Positions 24,795-38,823 of a stretch of DNA of 64,000 bases are shown here, in pieces. Position 1 is the stretch's first letter. Each line of letters opens with the position of its first letter. The notes under the pieces were generated by a model. That model saw only the letters and a list, made by a program, of their open reading frames with translations. It had not been told where the DNA came from and did no database searches. The DNA is from Octopus bimaculoides. Taxonomy: Eukaryota. The position numbers were made by a program, and so were the translations under genes. The DNA lies in NCBI RefSeq assembly GCF_001194135.2, contig NC_068989.1:75978452-76042451 (forward strand), given 5' to 3'.

Positions 24795-25319
24795 TACCGA
24801 ATGGTCATGATAATAAACCTTTCCTCCTGCTGGGGGTTCTGCTTTGTTTGCGAATATTTGCAACAGAAAATATTCATTTAAAAGGTTCATAAGCCCGGAG
24901 ATCGTCTTAGGCGGTCGATGTGAGATACTATTCGTCCAAAATTTTATCCACGTAGGAGCATATCTTGCTTTCTTTTTAACATGACATACTGTAGCACTAT
25001 TTTTAGCTTACTTTTAACCTTTGAAGCAATTTCCACTGTTTCCTTTAATAACGTTTGGAAGTTAGTTTTTAATCTTCAGTATTTTGTTATAATATGACGT
25101 ATCCATGAAGTGGCGACCTTATAAGTATAGAAATATATATGTATTTGAACGATAAAACGCAAGATTGCAGCGCAACTAAACGTAACATAATATGCACCGT
25201 TGAAATGTGTCTATACGAGCTACAAGATCCCTTTCATCTTTCATCTCTGCCTATCTTTTTTATATTTCTATAGTTCTTTATTATCGCCTTATGATTGTGA
25301 TTATATTATACCAAACTAT

Positions 25320-26580
25320 TAAAGGTGGCAAGCTGGAAGAATCGCGAGCGCGCTGATTTTTTGTCCGTCTTTATGTCCCGAGTTCAAATTCCAAAGGTCG
25401 ACTTTGCCTTTCACCCATTGGGATCGATAAAAATAAGTACTAGTAGAACACTGGGCTGATGTAATTGACTAGCCACTCTTCACAATTTTCGTATACTGAA
25501 ATGTTGAATATTGTTTTCTAAAACATATTCTTTTCGGTTCTAAGAAAAAATTATAGAACTCTTTTGATCATATTCAAGTGATTTGTAGAAGTAAGTAATT
25601 GCATACTGCGACAATTGTACCTTTTATAGCTGGGGCTTATGAATGATAGAATTACTGCAAAAGAAAATATAAACTGGATTATTGACTCTGCTTATACGAG
25701 ATACGTTTGATAAAAAAAATATCGGTTTGTTATACAGACAAATAGATTAACAAGAATAGATATAGAATATTTATGATATGTCTATGCCTTCTCAAGTTTC
25801 TTAACGAGGAATGCGTAGTGAGTAAGATTGGCTCAAATGACTAGACAAGGCTGCAGTCACAGTTTACTGATCTCTTAGTTTGATCTTTTGGGATTCAAAC
25901 AAATAAGAATTATTACCAGTATAAGGCGACGAGCTGGCAGAATCGTTAGCATGCCGGACAAAATACTGAGCAGCATTTAGTCTGTCTTTATGTCCTGAGT
26001 TCCAATTCAACTGAGGTCGACTTCGCCCTTCATCCGTTCGGGGTCAATAAAATAAGTACTAGTTGAGCACTAGGGTCGATGTAATCGGCTTATCTCCTTC
26101 ACCGAAATTTCTGGCCTTGTGCCAAAATTTGAAACTATTATTTAAGAGATTTATTAAGGCGGTGAGCAAGCAGAATCGTTAGCACGCCAAACAAACGCTG
26201 AGTGGCATTTCGTCCGTCTTTATGCTCCGAGTTCAAATTCTACCGTGGTGGTCTTTGCCTTTCATTCTTTCGAGGTCGATAAAATAAGTATCAGTTGAAC
26301 ACTGGAATCGGTGAAATCTACTATCCCACTTCTCCCAAAATTTCAGACCAGGCGCTTATAATACAAATGATTATTTTTGATTTCTTTCCGAATTCACGCA
26401 CGTGCGCGCGCGTGCACATACACACACAATATAAGTTCTGAAGAGGTAGACTTTGCCTTTCATCTTTTAGGAGTCGAGAAATTAAGTAACAGTTGAACAC
26501 TGAGGTCGATGTAATCGACTTATACATCCTCCGAACTTGCTGGCCTTGTGCTAAAATTTGAAACCAATATTAAAAGGTGA
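25320..26580 (+). mobile_element. Cluster of family A SINEs (about 25320, 25923, 26155, partial 26440)
   Basis: Repeated ggcgacgagctggcagaatcgttagc / ggtcgataaaataagta blocks. Confidence 0.8.
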
Positions 26581-27710
26581 AATAAAGAGATAGTTAACCA
26601 TGTACCATTCATGCTGTGTCTGAGTTGATTATATTTTTATTCGTGAATTTTGTGCGCACAGAATAGTTCGCCAAAATGTATTGGATTAGAGAAGACAAAA
26701 TGGCGCAGTGNNNNNNNNNNNNNNNNNNNNNNNNNNNNNNNNNNNNNNNNNNNNNNNNNNNNNNNNNNNNNNNNNNNNNNNNNNNNNNNNNNNNNNNNNN
26801 NNNNNNNNNNNNNNNNNNNNNNNNNNNNNNNNNNNNNNNNNNNNNNNNNNNNNNNNNNNNNNNNNNNNNNNNNNNNNNNNNNNNNNNNNNNNNNNNNNNN
26901 NNNNNNNNNNNNNNNNNNNNNNNNNNNNNNNNNNNNNNNNNNNNNNNNNNNNNNNNNNNNNNNNNNNNNNNNNNNNNNNNNNNNNNNNNNNNNNNNNNNN
27001 NNNNNNNNNNNNNNNNNNNNNNNNNNNNNNNNNNNNNNNNNNNNNNNNNNNNNNNNNNNNNNNNNNNNNNNNNNNNNNNNNNNNNNNNNNNNNNNNNNNN
27101 NNNNNNNNNNNNNNNNNNNNNNNNNNNNNNNNNNNNNNNNNNNNNNNNNNNNNNNNNNNNNNNNNNNNNNNNNNNNNNNNNNNNNNNNNNNNNNNNNNNN
27201 NNNNNNNNNNNNNNNNNNNNNNNNNNNNNNNNNNNNNNNNNNNNNNNNNNNNNNNNNNNNNNNNNNNNNNNNNNNNNNNNNNNNNNNNNNNNNNNNNNNN
27301 NNNNNNNNNNNNNNNNNNNNNNNNNNNNNNNNNNNNNNNNNNNNNNNNNNNNNNNNNNNNNNNNNNNNNNNNNNNNNNNNNNNNNNNNNNNNNNNNNNNN
27401 NNNNNNNNNNNNNNNNNNNNNNNNNNNNNNNNNNNNNNNNNNNNNNNNNNNNNNNNNNNNNNNNNNNNNNNNNNNNNNNNNNNNNNNNNNNNNNNNNNNN
27501 NNNNNNNNNNNNNNNNNNNNNNNNNNNNNNTTAACCGTGTGAGAATTCTGGGGGCAGGGAGGTAGTCGATTTTCATTCATTCCAATGATCGACTGATACT
27601 TATTTTATCGACCTCGAAAGGCAAAGACAACCTCGGCAGAAAGAGCTGAAAGAAAAAAAAGGGAGAACTAAAAAACGTGTAAGGAATAACTGTTCATTAT
27701 GAATAAATGG

Positions 27711-27750
<40 letters not shown>

Positions 27751-28304
27751 TCGCACAGTTGTACAGAACCGCCACTTCCCTATCTTTAGTATTAACCTTA
27801 TCGTTAACCATTTCTATTTGAGATCATACTCTGTTTAAATTCAACACACGCATCTTGGTCATTTTCGTCATTCTTTAACGTCTTAACCGCCCATTCCAAA
27901 TGCAGATCTCATTTATGATAAGTATTAACATACATTCATTATAAACAGCTTTGATCTCCTTCTTACTTCGAAACTCAGCATTTTCCACTCTATTAGGGTC
28001 TCCACTCTTTTTGTTCGACCACTGTTTAATTTACAAGTGCCAACCACACATTCATATAGTACACATCATGACCACCATTTTCCGATACCTATGCCATTTT
28101 AAGATATGTCTGTAGTCGAATCTCCGCAGGTTCTACACTAACTCTTAATGATAGCACTTGTACATTTAATCTACCCAAGGCAGTTAAAAAATTGATTGGA
28201 ACTACTCTTTCAAGCATACCCGTTTAGACTAATCACACAAGCACAAAACTCTCAAAGCACTCCCCACGTAGCTGCGGGTTTCCTACCCCTTTATTAAATT
28301 ATCT

Positions 28305-28415
28305 CTCGATAAAATCTCTTAATATAATCTCACCCCTTAATAAAATCTTTTAATAAGATCTCCCCACTTTATAAAATCTCTTAGTAAAATCTCACCCCTT
28401 AATAAAATCTCCGAC
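28305..28415. repeat. Degenerate minisatellite built on taaaatctc
   Basis: aatctcaccccttaataaaatct occurs twice and taaaatctc-like units about six times. Confidence 0.7.
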
Positions 28416-29245
28416 CCTCACTTTATTAACTCTGACGTACGCAGAATTTTCTGTTTGTCTCTTTTAATCCATTACCATATATATTGACGAAATGCTTGCT
28501 GTCACTTCTAACAATGCTCGCTCTTATATAAATGACATCACTCTTTACTCCCACCTATTATGTTATTATTACGTAAGCAAAGAATAAAAACACCCTCAAT
28601 GAGAGGACGGAGAAAAAGAAAGAAAGTGAAAAAGAAAGAGGAAACAGAGAGACATAAAATAAGAGAAAGGTCAAAGTATACAAAAGCAAATATATAACAG
28701 AGGGCGGGAGAAAGTTTAAAAAAGAAGAGATAGTAAGAAATACTTCATACATTATTTTTAGCCTATTGTAAATGATACAATTAAGGTTAAAGCTATAAAG
28801 ATTTTATTTATAGGGAGGAGAAGTGAAAGTGAAGATTAAAGAAAAGTATAAGATACTGAGGTCATAAGGTTGATACTGAAGTTATAAAACTGGTTTAAGA
28901 AATCAGAGATAGATATGAAGAGAACAGGAAGCAGAAAGAATGAGTGTTTGTGAGGAGGAAATGGTAATAGAAAAATATATATTTAAAGAGGTGGGATATT
29001 GGAGAAGGAATCCATTCTACAATTGGCTAGCATTAAGTTAAAGGTTAGGAAAAGAGAAGACGGGTGGAAGTTAAAGCATTGAAAGAAACAAGGTGGGGTA
29101 TAAGAATACTGTAAATGGAGAGAGAAAAACGAAATGAAAAAAAAAAAACAGGAAAGAGTAGTGAATAGATGACTGAAAGAAAAATTTTCAGCTAGAATCT
29201 AAAAGGAAATTCCAGTAAAAGAAACCAAAATTATAAATTAAACAA

Positions 29246-29466
29246 TACGAAGAGATGCTGAAATGTATCTGTCTTTGAGTAAAAGAAAATACAAGAGAAT
29301 CAATTAATTATGATTTTATTCAAAAATATTCTCCTCTCAGATTCTCACACTTATTGCACTGGTCCTTCAGCTTTTCTAAGCCCTGTAAAAGAGCTCAAAG
29401 ATTGGGCCTACAACAAGGCCTTTCACGATACGATTAAAGCCAGGAACTTTTCAGCGCCACCTCGTA
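29246..29466. mobile_element. Mariner-derived MITE with TIRs and TA flanks
   Basis: tacgaagagatgctgaaa ... tttcagcgccacctcgta; the interior on the minus strand encodes a transposase C-terminal remnant (GLEKLKDQCNKCENLRGEY). Confidence 0.75.
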
Positions 29467-29984
29467 TAGTTAAAGAGAAAGAAATCAAATCCTGTAAAGT
29501 GAGGTGAAATATTTGTACAAAAAAGTCATTTTACTAATATTGGAACATAATACATAAGGCTTAATTAAATGCACAACAGTTTACAAAAAATGATTTATGT
29601 CAAAAACTTTGCATTAATATTTAGTTACTAGAAATCTTTTCACAGCAAATTCGAGAAAGGGTAAATATATAATTTTAAAAGGTTTCCAAAAAGGAAAGGA
29701 GAATTTCAAAGAAATTACAAAATAACGAATAATTTCATAGAAATTACATTCATAAGTTGCAGATAAAGTTTCTTATTTTGGTGACGGCATTTCCATACCA
29801 ACTCATTCCGTTTATTCACAAAGTTGGCAGGCAATGTCAAATGAATTTCTCACTAGTTAATAAGCAGCATTAATAAGTAAGCACTGCCCAGGTTCGTCTG
29901 GCTCAAAGTAATAAAACCAGCATTCATCCTGGCTTAAGAAACATCCAAGGAAACCAGCTGGATCTGCCGGAAACACTGTCAGTT

Positions 29985-30571
29985 TCCCGTGATATGATCA
30001 ACCTAATGCATTTTCAATCAGGTGTCAGAAGACGAGGCGGTTACCGAGCAGAAACCTTCTTCATGCCAAGTTCATTATGCAGAATATTCTCAACTCTCTC
30101 AAGAGATATGCTAATAGAATTGGCTATTTGACTTATAGTCAATCGCATATTATCCAACACCATGTAGTGAACACAATCAATGTTTCCCCTGTGGTGACAG
30201 GTGCAGAAATCCAGACCTTGGGTCAGATACAACACCCCACCTTTTCTCTTCTAAATTCAGCTGTCCACTTTTTCACTGTTGATAAAGTTGGATCAACATC
30301 CCCTAATTTAGCAACCATGTCGGCATGATTGTCCTTGAGGGCTAAACCCGTTTTTCTGCAGGTACTTGATAACATCATGATGCCAGATTTCGTTCATTTT
30401 GAAGTTAAGTCATTACTAGTTTCTTTTGAAGTCGTCTCTGAAGAGTCTGATGTCAGTTTACCTGGAAAGAAACAATGTAGTTATAAATAAGAAGAGCTGA
30501 TATTATTGCATGCAAAATTTCACATCTCTAGCATCACTCTTTGATAGTCAGCCTGTGTACTTTTTAGCCGA
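29985..30571 (-). mobile_element. Mariner transposase 5' remnant (HTH region) with TIR
   Basis: Peptide ENIDCVHYMVLDNMRLTISQIANSISISLERVENILHNELGMKKVSAR*-PRLLT (decayed WVPxxL); TIR-like ttagccgacacctcatgta. Confidence 0.85.
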
Positions 30572-31738
30572 CACCTCATGTATAGGAGGGAGACGAAAAT
30601 CATTCTGACAGCGGCTAGCAAGAACGCCAAACGCATTTCGACCTAGTTGAATCTTATCAATGACATGCACCGAAGGACGTTACACTGATAATAGATGAAA
30701 ATGTCAAGGATGGATTGTGAATCATCTCAGTCTACTAATTCCGGCGCTCTTTGTGTGGTAGATGTTATAATATTATTTGTCATTCTCAATGTTGTTATTT
30801 ACTAAACAACGTCTTCCTTTGAAAATCTCCTATCGTTTCTTTTTTCTCTTTTGAAATAGTAATTACATGCAATTAAAAGAAAAAAACTGTACGATTCACC
30901 ATAAAATCTGTAATGGATTCAACAACAAACCCACCCGAGAAGTCTTAGTCGATTTATATGGGCATATTTCGATTGTTGGAACTCCATTTCATTCTTGCTC
31001 AATCGATTGATTGATGCATAAGTGGTGCTAACTTAAGAAGTAATAGCAGAGTGAACAAGTTCTAATATTAAAGGTGACGATATTTGGTCAGTCCACTTGC
31101 TAGAAATAGAAGTGAAATATTCTTAAATATACTCTACGATCCTAAAAAAGGGGGAAAAGAATACAGATAATGCGATCAGATTGGTCAAGACTGGAAAGCA
31201 TTTGATCACAGATCTATTGAATAAAGGCTGATACCAAGCTAAACAGCAGCAACAACAACAACTTCATGACCATTACAATATCTTAGACCTATGAAGATGA
31301 CAGTTCAGTATCGATTCCGGTTGAAATCAACATTCATTATTTGTTTAATATAATAATGTTAGAACCTATTAGCAGTTGGAATTTTCTCAGAATTTCGGCA
31401 GTATACACGAAATAGTCCTTGAATTTCACTAAATATCCCTTCCATTTCGGAGGTGTTGCCCCGTAGTGATGTATTCGTGAATATTTTGTCAAACATTAAC
31501 TTTTAAAACAGGAAATTTATAACACGGAATGAGAAACAAGTTATGTTATAGTGATTGCTGAGCTTTGTATAAACCGTACTATTCAAATTCTATAAAATTC
31601 TATTAACTATGACTTTATAACAATCTTTTATGACGTTTTTGACAAAAAAATGGACTTGTTATTTCGCTGTTGTAAATGACAGCATAACAAGCATTTTCGA
31701 ACATTTTCATCATAAGTAAATGTTTCCCTCAGAGACAA

Positions 31739-33004
31739 ATGGATCCAAACGATCATTTGTCTCAAAATATTGTATTTGAGGGCAAGTTTAAAGAACTCAA
31801 TCCACACGGGAAAATTAAGCGTATATTGCGATTGAAAATTTCCGAGCAATATGTCATTTTGTGCAATATGGATAAAAATAGGTGCAAAACAGAACAAGTC
31901 ATTTCCTTAAGCGACTCAGAGCTTCGTGTTCTCGATAAAACGAGAAAGAGAATAGCTTTGAATCTACTAAATCAGAATTCAATGATTTTTGAGCTAAGCG
32001 ACACTGATGCGGCGTCCAAGAAGAACTGGGAAAATATAATACTGTTAATCAATAAATTGTCATATGGAAGTCAGTCGGGAAATATCGGTAAACGTGTTTT
32101 AATCGCAGAAAATATAGTAGATTCTTTTGAAAAAGCATCCAAACAACTATTGGATATTTGCAGTATCAACGAACCTATAGTCTTCGAATACTATTTTGTA
32201 GAACTTAATTTAAAAGGGCAAGGAATGAGACAGGTTTATATTGTGATAACAAACAAGCAGGTTTATTTCGCATCACAAAATTTACACGACTTAACTCTAA
32301 ATGAACAGATACCTTTGGGAAATATTGATATGTTTGTCATGAATTACTTATATAAAAGGATTGGAATCTATTTGACTGGTTCTGTAAGGATATTCGAAAT
32401 GTGTAATAATTGGCAGAATAATAAAACTCACAACATTTGGCTTGAATTAGTCAAACTCATAAATTACAAAGAGAAGGAGAATAAAACAAACATTTCTGGT
32501 GGTGGAATTGCTCTAGATCTTGATATTTCGAATGATATTGAGAACTTTCCGAAGAAGTATTTTGCACGAAGTGACAAATATTTTAAATTGGATTTTGACG
32601 GGGACGAAGATAGTATAGAATTCAGTATATTAAAATATATTTCGGTTCTTATTAAATGTGCAGGAATATCTTGGGCACAATGTGTTATTAGTCAAACAGA
32701 TTTACCATTTGCTGGCGTTTCCTGGAATACGTCGTTGGAGACCGGGCGAGTAAATCTTCTCCGTCGGTGTGGATCGTGTCCAACGTTGTACGAAAATCAT
32801 AAAGTGCCTTTGAAACTGGTGAAGATGGCACCTCATATTAAAAAATCTTCTTCTTCCATTTACATTTATAGTCATGCATATGAAGGCAGCCTCTTCACAC
32901 AGTGTTCTCATGATGAAAATACGTACCATTCCAGTAAGAAAGTTTTACTGGACATATACGATAAAGTCATACCCGGATATGTTTCTGAAATAGAAACTAA
33001 AAAG
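31739..33004 (+). CDS. Gene B first coding exon: two PH-like domains plus an unassigned region of about 180 aa
   Basis: 424-aa ORF; beta-strand pattern with a C-terminal Trp-containing helix occurs twice (SKKNWENII; HNIWLELV); AAG/gtaatt donor in phase 0; acceptor tttccctcag at 31732 just upstream of the ATG. Confidence 0.85.
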
Positions 33005-33327
33005 GTAATTTAATGTTCTTGTATTACATAGAATATAGAAGTATTAATTAACTCATTGTAAATTAAAACGATAACGTCAAGTTTCTACGAGAACGGTTGC
33101 ATTAAGGCTTTCGACAAAATCTTTTTGCCGATCAAATGGCCGATTATGCATAATTTGTTTTGTTTCATAAAGAAAACTACACAAATAAAAACCAAACGAA
33201 TCTTGACAAAAACATATATTGTGGTACAAAGGCATAACTTTATGATGGTAGTGCATTCACAGAGAATTTGGCTTTAGTTTCTCTAAGAGGTTCGCTAAAA
33301 TCTGAGATACATTATTTATGACAGTTG

Positions 33328-33540
33328 AAAGGCGGCGAGCTGGCTGCTGAATCCTTATCAAGCCGTGTGAAATGCTTAGCGGTATTACGTCTGTTGCTAC
33401 GTTCTGAGTTCAGATTCCGCCGAAGTCGACTTTAGGGGTCGGTATAATAAGTACCAGTTGAGCACAGGGGTCGATGTAATCGATTATCCCCTTCCCACCA
33501 AATTTTGGGCCTTGTCCCTATAGTAGAAACGATTATTCTT
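33328..33540 (+). mobile_element. SINE family A
   Basis: aaggcggcgagctggc...ccaaattttgggccttgtccctatagtagaaacg. Confidence 0.85.
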
Positions 33541-34139
33541 TATGACAACTGCTAAAATTATTCTACTGTTGTTTAGCCATTAACTCTGATCCGAAAAACC
33601 AATGATGAAAACTTGTTCTTGAAGGCATTCTTGTGTTTTGATATTCAGAAACGATGTACCTCGGACTACATTACCTAATCCATACGTACATACGTATCTC
33701 AATTCTGTTAAACTCTTGGACCTGCACACCAGTCATCTCTTTAGGTGGTTTTTATAAATCTCTAAAGCTCGTTTGTAATCGAGTGTGTTGATTATAGATT
33801 CTATTATGGAGTAAGTAAGTAAAATTTACTTACATGGGACAAGAACCAGGCTACCAAACTCCTGCTAGTTTGAAGAGTTATGATATTTATGACCAAGAAG
33901 TGATAAAACAGGGTCTCATAAGAACGAGAAAGAGAAAGAGAGAGGTAGGGAGAGACCTAGGGAGACAGAGAGAAAAGGAGAAAATTAGGGAAAACGCAGC
34001 AAAAGGATTTTAATAATATCAGCATGTTACTGACTTTCAACACTAATACAAGGTCAGATATTTAGGAGAGGTATAAACGCGAATCAGAAAGTAACCCGCA
34101 AATTCATACCCCTCATCACGAGATACGACTCCCTACTCG

Positions 34140-34520
34140 ATACTGTTTTCTTTCCCCATCCTTCTCTAATTCCCGTTTCTCCCCCTCTCTCCTTCACCGT
34201 TTTCTATCTGTCTCTCTCTCCCCTCTTTCTCTTTTTCTCTCTCCTGCTCGCTTTCGTTGCTCACACGTGACCATCATTCATCTTTTCCACACGTGACCAT
34301 GTTTCTTTTCCTTCACAGACGTTCAAAAGAACGGACATGTTATTGTCTCTCTCTCTTCTATCTTTTCTCTTTTCAAAAAAATATTTCTCCCAGTGTTCAC
34401 TATTTTCGTCTCGTTCTTGTCTAATGACCCTCCATGTTTGTTTTCGTTCAGTTTCCTTGTATGTCTCCACTGTCATGTTTTTGTTCCCAACTCTGACCCT
34501 CCATAAATCCTAAATTTTAA
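34140..34520 (-). mobile_element. Unclassified interspersed repeat (purine-rich family also at 38230-38720, 38826-39104 and 47660-48000)
   Basis: Shared blocks such as cacgtgaccatc, cttttccttc and ttcaccgttttctatctg across four loci. Confidence 0.6.
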
Positions 34521-35280
34521 TTTAGAATTTATGGGAGCAGCTGTCTTTGAAGACTCATATTGTTGTTAAACACTCGAAATGAGGAGTAGATACGCAGCCG
34601 ACAACTGATGAAGGTCCTTTCTCTGTGTTTACTTTCCCGTTTTCCATTTTTCTCGTTGTTTACGTATTTCATGTTATTTTCACCGTTGGTGATGTCCTGT
34701 ACCCATATAAGCATGTGTGCGTGTGTGTGTGTGTGTGCGCGCGCACACACACACACACACACATATATATATTATATTATATTATCTTATATTATTTACT
34801 ATGTATATATATGTATGTATACATATATATACATATATATATCTATGTATGTATATATATATATGCATATATATATTTTATATTTATGTATGTATGTATG
34901 TATATATATATATANNNNNNNNNNNNNNNNNNNNNNNNNNNNNNNNNNNNNNNNNNNNNNNNNNNNNNNNNNNNNNNNNNNNNNNNNNNNNNNNNNNNNN
35001 NNNNNNNNNNNNNNNNNNNNNNNNNNNNNNNNNNNNNNNNNNNNNNNNNNNNNNNNNNNNNNNNNNNNNNNNNNNNNNNNNNNNNNNNNNNNNNNNNNNN
35101 NNNNNNNNNNNNNNNNNNNNNNNNNNNNNNNNNNNNNNNNNNNNNNNNNNNNNNNNNNNNNNNNNNNNNNNNNNNNNNNNNNNNNNNNNNNNNNNNNNNN
35201 NNNNNNNNNNNNNNNNNNNNNNNNNNNNNNNNNNNNNNNNNNNNNNNNNNNGTATAATATATATATAATACTAAAAGTCT

Positions 35281-35690
35281 TTGATTGCTTGCTTGCGTGC
35301 TTGTCTAACTTTATACAGCCAAACCGGCGTATAATGGGAAAGTACTCTGAAAATCAGGTACTTCTTAAATGTGAATACAAAGAAAATAAGACAAATTTCG
35401 CGTAAATCGGACCACGGAATCCCGAGATACGTGGTTTTTGGGGGTTTGTTTCCACAAATTTAAGCCGTAAATCCTGGAGTCCTTGCTATTTACTGTGAAC
35501 ACCTGGATAGTTTTGTTTGTGTGCATGCTTGCGTGCATACGTGTCTGTAATTCAATACAACCAAACGGGCGCATAATAGGAAAGTACTCTGAAAGTATGG
35601 TACCCCTGAAATCTGAATACAAAATGGAAAAAAAAAACAAGTTTTGCGTAAATTGGTCCACGAATTCTCGAGATACGTGGTTTCTATCGC
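35281..35690 (+). repeat. Diverged direct duplication of a roughly 170-bp unit
   Basis: aaagtactctgaaa...cgtaaat.gg.ccacg.a.tc.cgagatacgtggttt at about 35340-35445 and 35580-35685. Confidence 0.75.
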
Positions 35691-36812
35691 CAAAACGAGG
35701 CATAATGCGAAAATAGTGTGAAACTAATATAACATTGAAACGGGAATATATAATGCTATGAAAATTGTTTCCATTAATTTTATGCTTATGTTATATAACA
35801 ATTACGTTTGCATTTTTGTAGAAGTATGCACATATGCCATGAATAAATGGTGTTACTGGCTTTCAAGTTTATTCCAGAAGTTCTATTTCTATCAGATGCT
35901 GTAAACAATTAATAAAACCTTAAACATGAACTTGTAAACCAGACTTATGATGACACGAACGAATTGAAATATTTAACTTTCATTTCAATGCAATGTTCAG
36001 TCAGCTTCAATCAGCTTTTATTATCTGAGCAGTCAGTGACCGAACGGGTCACGGGTAGTCTAATCCAGTCTAGTATATATATATATATATATNNNNNNNN
36101 NNNNNNNNNNNNNNNNNNNNNNNNNNNNNNNNNNNNNNNNNNNNNNNNNNNNNNNNNNNNNNNNNNNNNNNNNNNNNNNNNNNNNNNNNNNNNNNNNNNN
36201 NNNNNNNNNNNNNNNNNNNNNNNNNNNNNNNNNNNNNNNNNNNNNNNNNNNNNNNNNNNNNNNNNNNNNNNNNNNNNNNNNNNNNNNNNNNNNNNNNNNN
36301 NNNNNNNNNNNNNNNNNNNNNNNNNNNNNNNNNNNNNNNNNNNNNNNNNNNNNNNNNNNNNNNNNNNNNNNNNNNNNNNNNNNNNNNNNNNNNNNNNNNN
36401 NNNNNNNNNNNNNNNNNNNNNNNNNNNNNNNNNNNNNNNNNNNNNNNNNNNNNNNNNNNNNNNNNNNNNNNNNNNNNNNNNNNNNNNNNNNNNNNNNNNN
36501 NNNNNNNNNNNNNNNNNNNNNNNNNNNNNNNNNNNNNNNNNNNNNNNNNNNNNNNNNNNNNNNNNNNNNNNNNNNNNNNNNNNNNNNNNNNNNNNNNNNN
36601 NNNNNNNNNNNNNNNNNNNNNNNNNNNNNNNNNNNNNNNNNNNNNNNNNNNNNNNNNNNNNNNNNNNNNNNNNNNNNNNNNNNNNNNNNNNNNNNNNNNN
36701 NNNNNNNNNNNATATATATATATATATACATATTTATATATGTATAAGAATGTATGTTCGTTTGTACTATATCGTTACACTTTTAGTTTCTTGTGACTTT
36801 TACTTTTTCCAG

Positions 36813-36871
36813 ATGTGGCTGTCGCAGAAAGAGAGTAGAATGTACAAATCTTATATAAACGCACATAGGAG
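36813..36871 (+). CDS. Gene B exon 2 (MWLSQKESRMYKSYINAHR)
   Basis: tactttttccag/gtaata, 59 nt, phase 0->2; homologous to 79-137. Confidence 0.8.
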
Positions 36872-38044
36872 GTAATATAAATTTATTTCTGTCGTATCTT
36901 CTGTGAACCAAAAATATCATTATTATGGATATAATACATTGTTTAAAATATTGTACGATGATGGCGAGTTGGCAGAATCGTTAGTACTTCGCGTGAAATG
37001 CTTAGCGGTATTTCGTCTGCCGCTGCTTTCTGATTCAAATTCCGCCGAAGTCGACTTTGCATTTCACCCACTGGCTGGAGTCGATATGATCGACTAGCCC
37101 CACCTTCACCCCAAATGTTCAATGCCTTGTGCCTAGAGTAAAAATAAATATTTAAAATATTGTATATTATATTACTTAGGCGGCCAATTAGCAGAGTCGT
37201 TAAAGCGTTAGATATAATACTTGGCGTTATTCATTTCGGCTATATATGAGTTCAAATCTCGCCGATTATAACCTCCCTCACGGTTTCGGGTTGATAAAAA
37301 GTTAAAATACCATTTCTATACAGAAATCCATTCTCACTCTGTCTTTCTGTCTCTTTCTGATATAAATGGCCTCTGGTGGGGCTCGACTGAAAGCTGCCCC
37401 AAGATAAGCTACACTTCGTGACAGTTGAGAACTTATGAACTTATAACAGGATTATTATTATAGTGAAGTCACTTCTTCGGTGATTTATGATAAGACAGGT
37501 ATGCATTATTATATTAAAATTTATACGGTATAATACCTGGGTAATTTAATACACCGAGACTTTTGTATTGGAATCCATGTTGCTATGATATTGATGTAAT
37601 AAATTATGAATTTATAGAGAAGTTGCAAATAGGTTACGCATTTATTTGTCATGTTACTGTAATATATCATTATGCTGGGAGCACACACATACACACACAC
37701 ACACACACACACATATATATTTATAGATATAGATGATAATACAAATAAAAAATATATATGCATGTATACACACATATATGTATATATGTACATACATATA
37801 TATATGTGTNNNNNNNNNNNNNNNNNNNNNNNNNNNNNNNNNNNNNNNNNNNNNNNNNNNNNNNNNNNNNNNNNNNNNNNNNNNNNNNNNNNNNNNNNNN
37901 NNNNNNNNNNNNNNNNNNNNNNNNNNNNNNNNNNNNNNNNNNNNNNNNNNNNNNNNNNNNNNNNNNNNNNNNNNNNNNNNNNNNNNNNNNNNNNNNNNNN
38001 NNNNNNNNNNNNNNNNNNNNNNNNNNNNNNNNNNNNNNNNNNNN

Positions 38045-38084
<40 letters not shown>

Positions 38085-38229
38085 TATATGGTACAGGACG
38101 TCACATGACGTAAACAACATGAAATCCGAAGACAAACTTGGGTGTCCATCCAACGAGAGAAACAGATGGAAAACAAGACAAGTGACGTAAAGAACGACTC
38201 TTCATCAGTTGACGGCTGTACAACTACTC

Positions 38230-38520
38230 CTCATTTCGAGCATTTAACGACAATATGAAGCTTCGAAAGGCAGTTGCTCCCGCGAACCAAAATAAAATTT
38301 GGGATTTGCGGAGGGTCAAAGTTGGTAACAAAAACAGGACAAACCAAACGAAAACAAACACAAAGAGCCGTTGGGCCAGACGAGATACCGTAGCGAACGC
38401 TGTTAGAATATTGTCTTTGACAAGAGAAAAGATAGAAGAGGAGACAAATAAGAATGCATCTGCTCTGTACGACAGATTAAAGGAAAAGAAAGATGGACGA
38501 TGGTCACGTTTGAGTAACGA

Positions 38521-38569
<49 letters not shown>

Positions 38570-38758
38570 CAGTGAAGAGGAAAAAAGAATTAGAGAAAGG
38601 AAGAGTGGGAAAACTAAAGGGAGAGAGAGAGAGAGAACAGTACAGGGTACAGTCGCATCAAAATTATTAAGATAAACTTACTTGGAAATGGTTGCGTGGC
38701 GTTCAATCATATAATAATATAAATAAAATATATATATTTGCATATATACATATATGTA

Positions 38759-38823
<65 letters not shown>

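Noticed and set aside
28550-29240. Strongly purine-skewed stretch (also the T-rich 20480-20800)
   Set aside because: Possibly decayed LINE sequence, but no motif could be read, so it was not called.
37450-37498. 49-nt exon-like segment (ataacag...CAG/gtatgc) in gene B intron 2
   Set aside because: Inclusion breaks the frame (stop within 11 codons) and gene A has no counterpart; could be a poison exon but there is no support.
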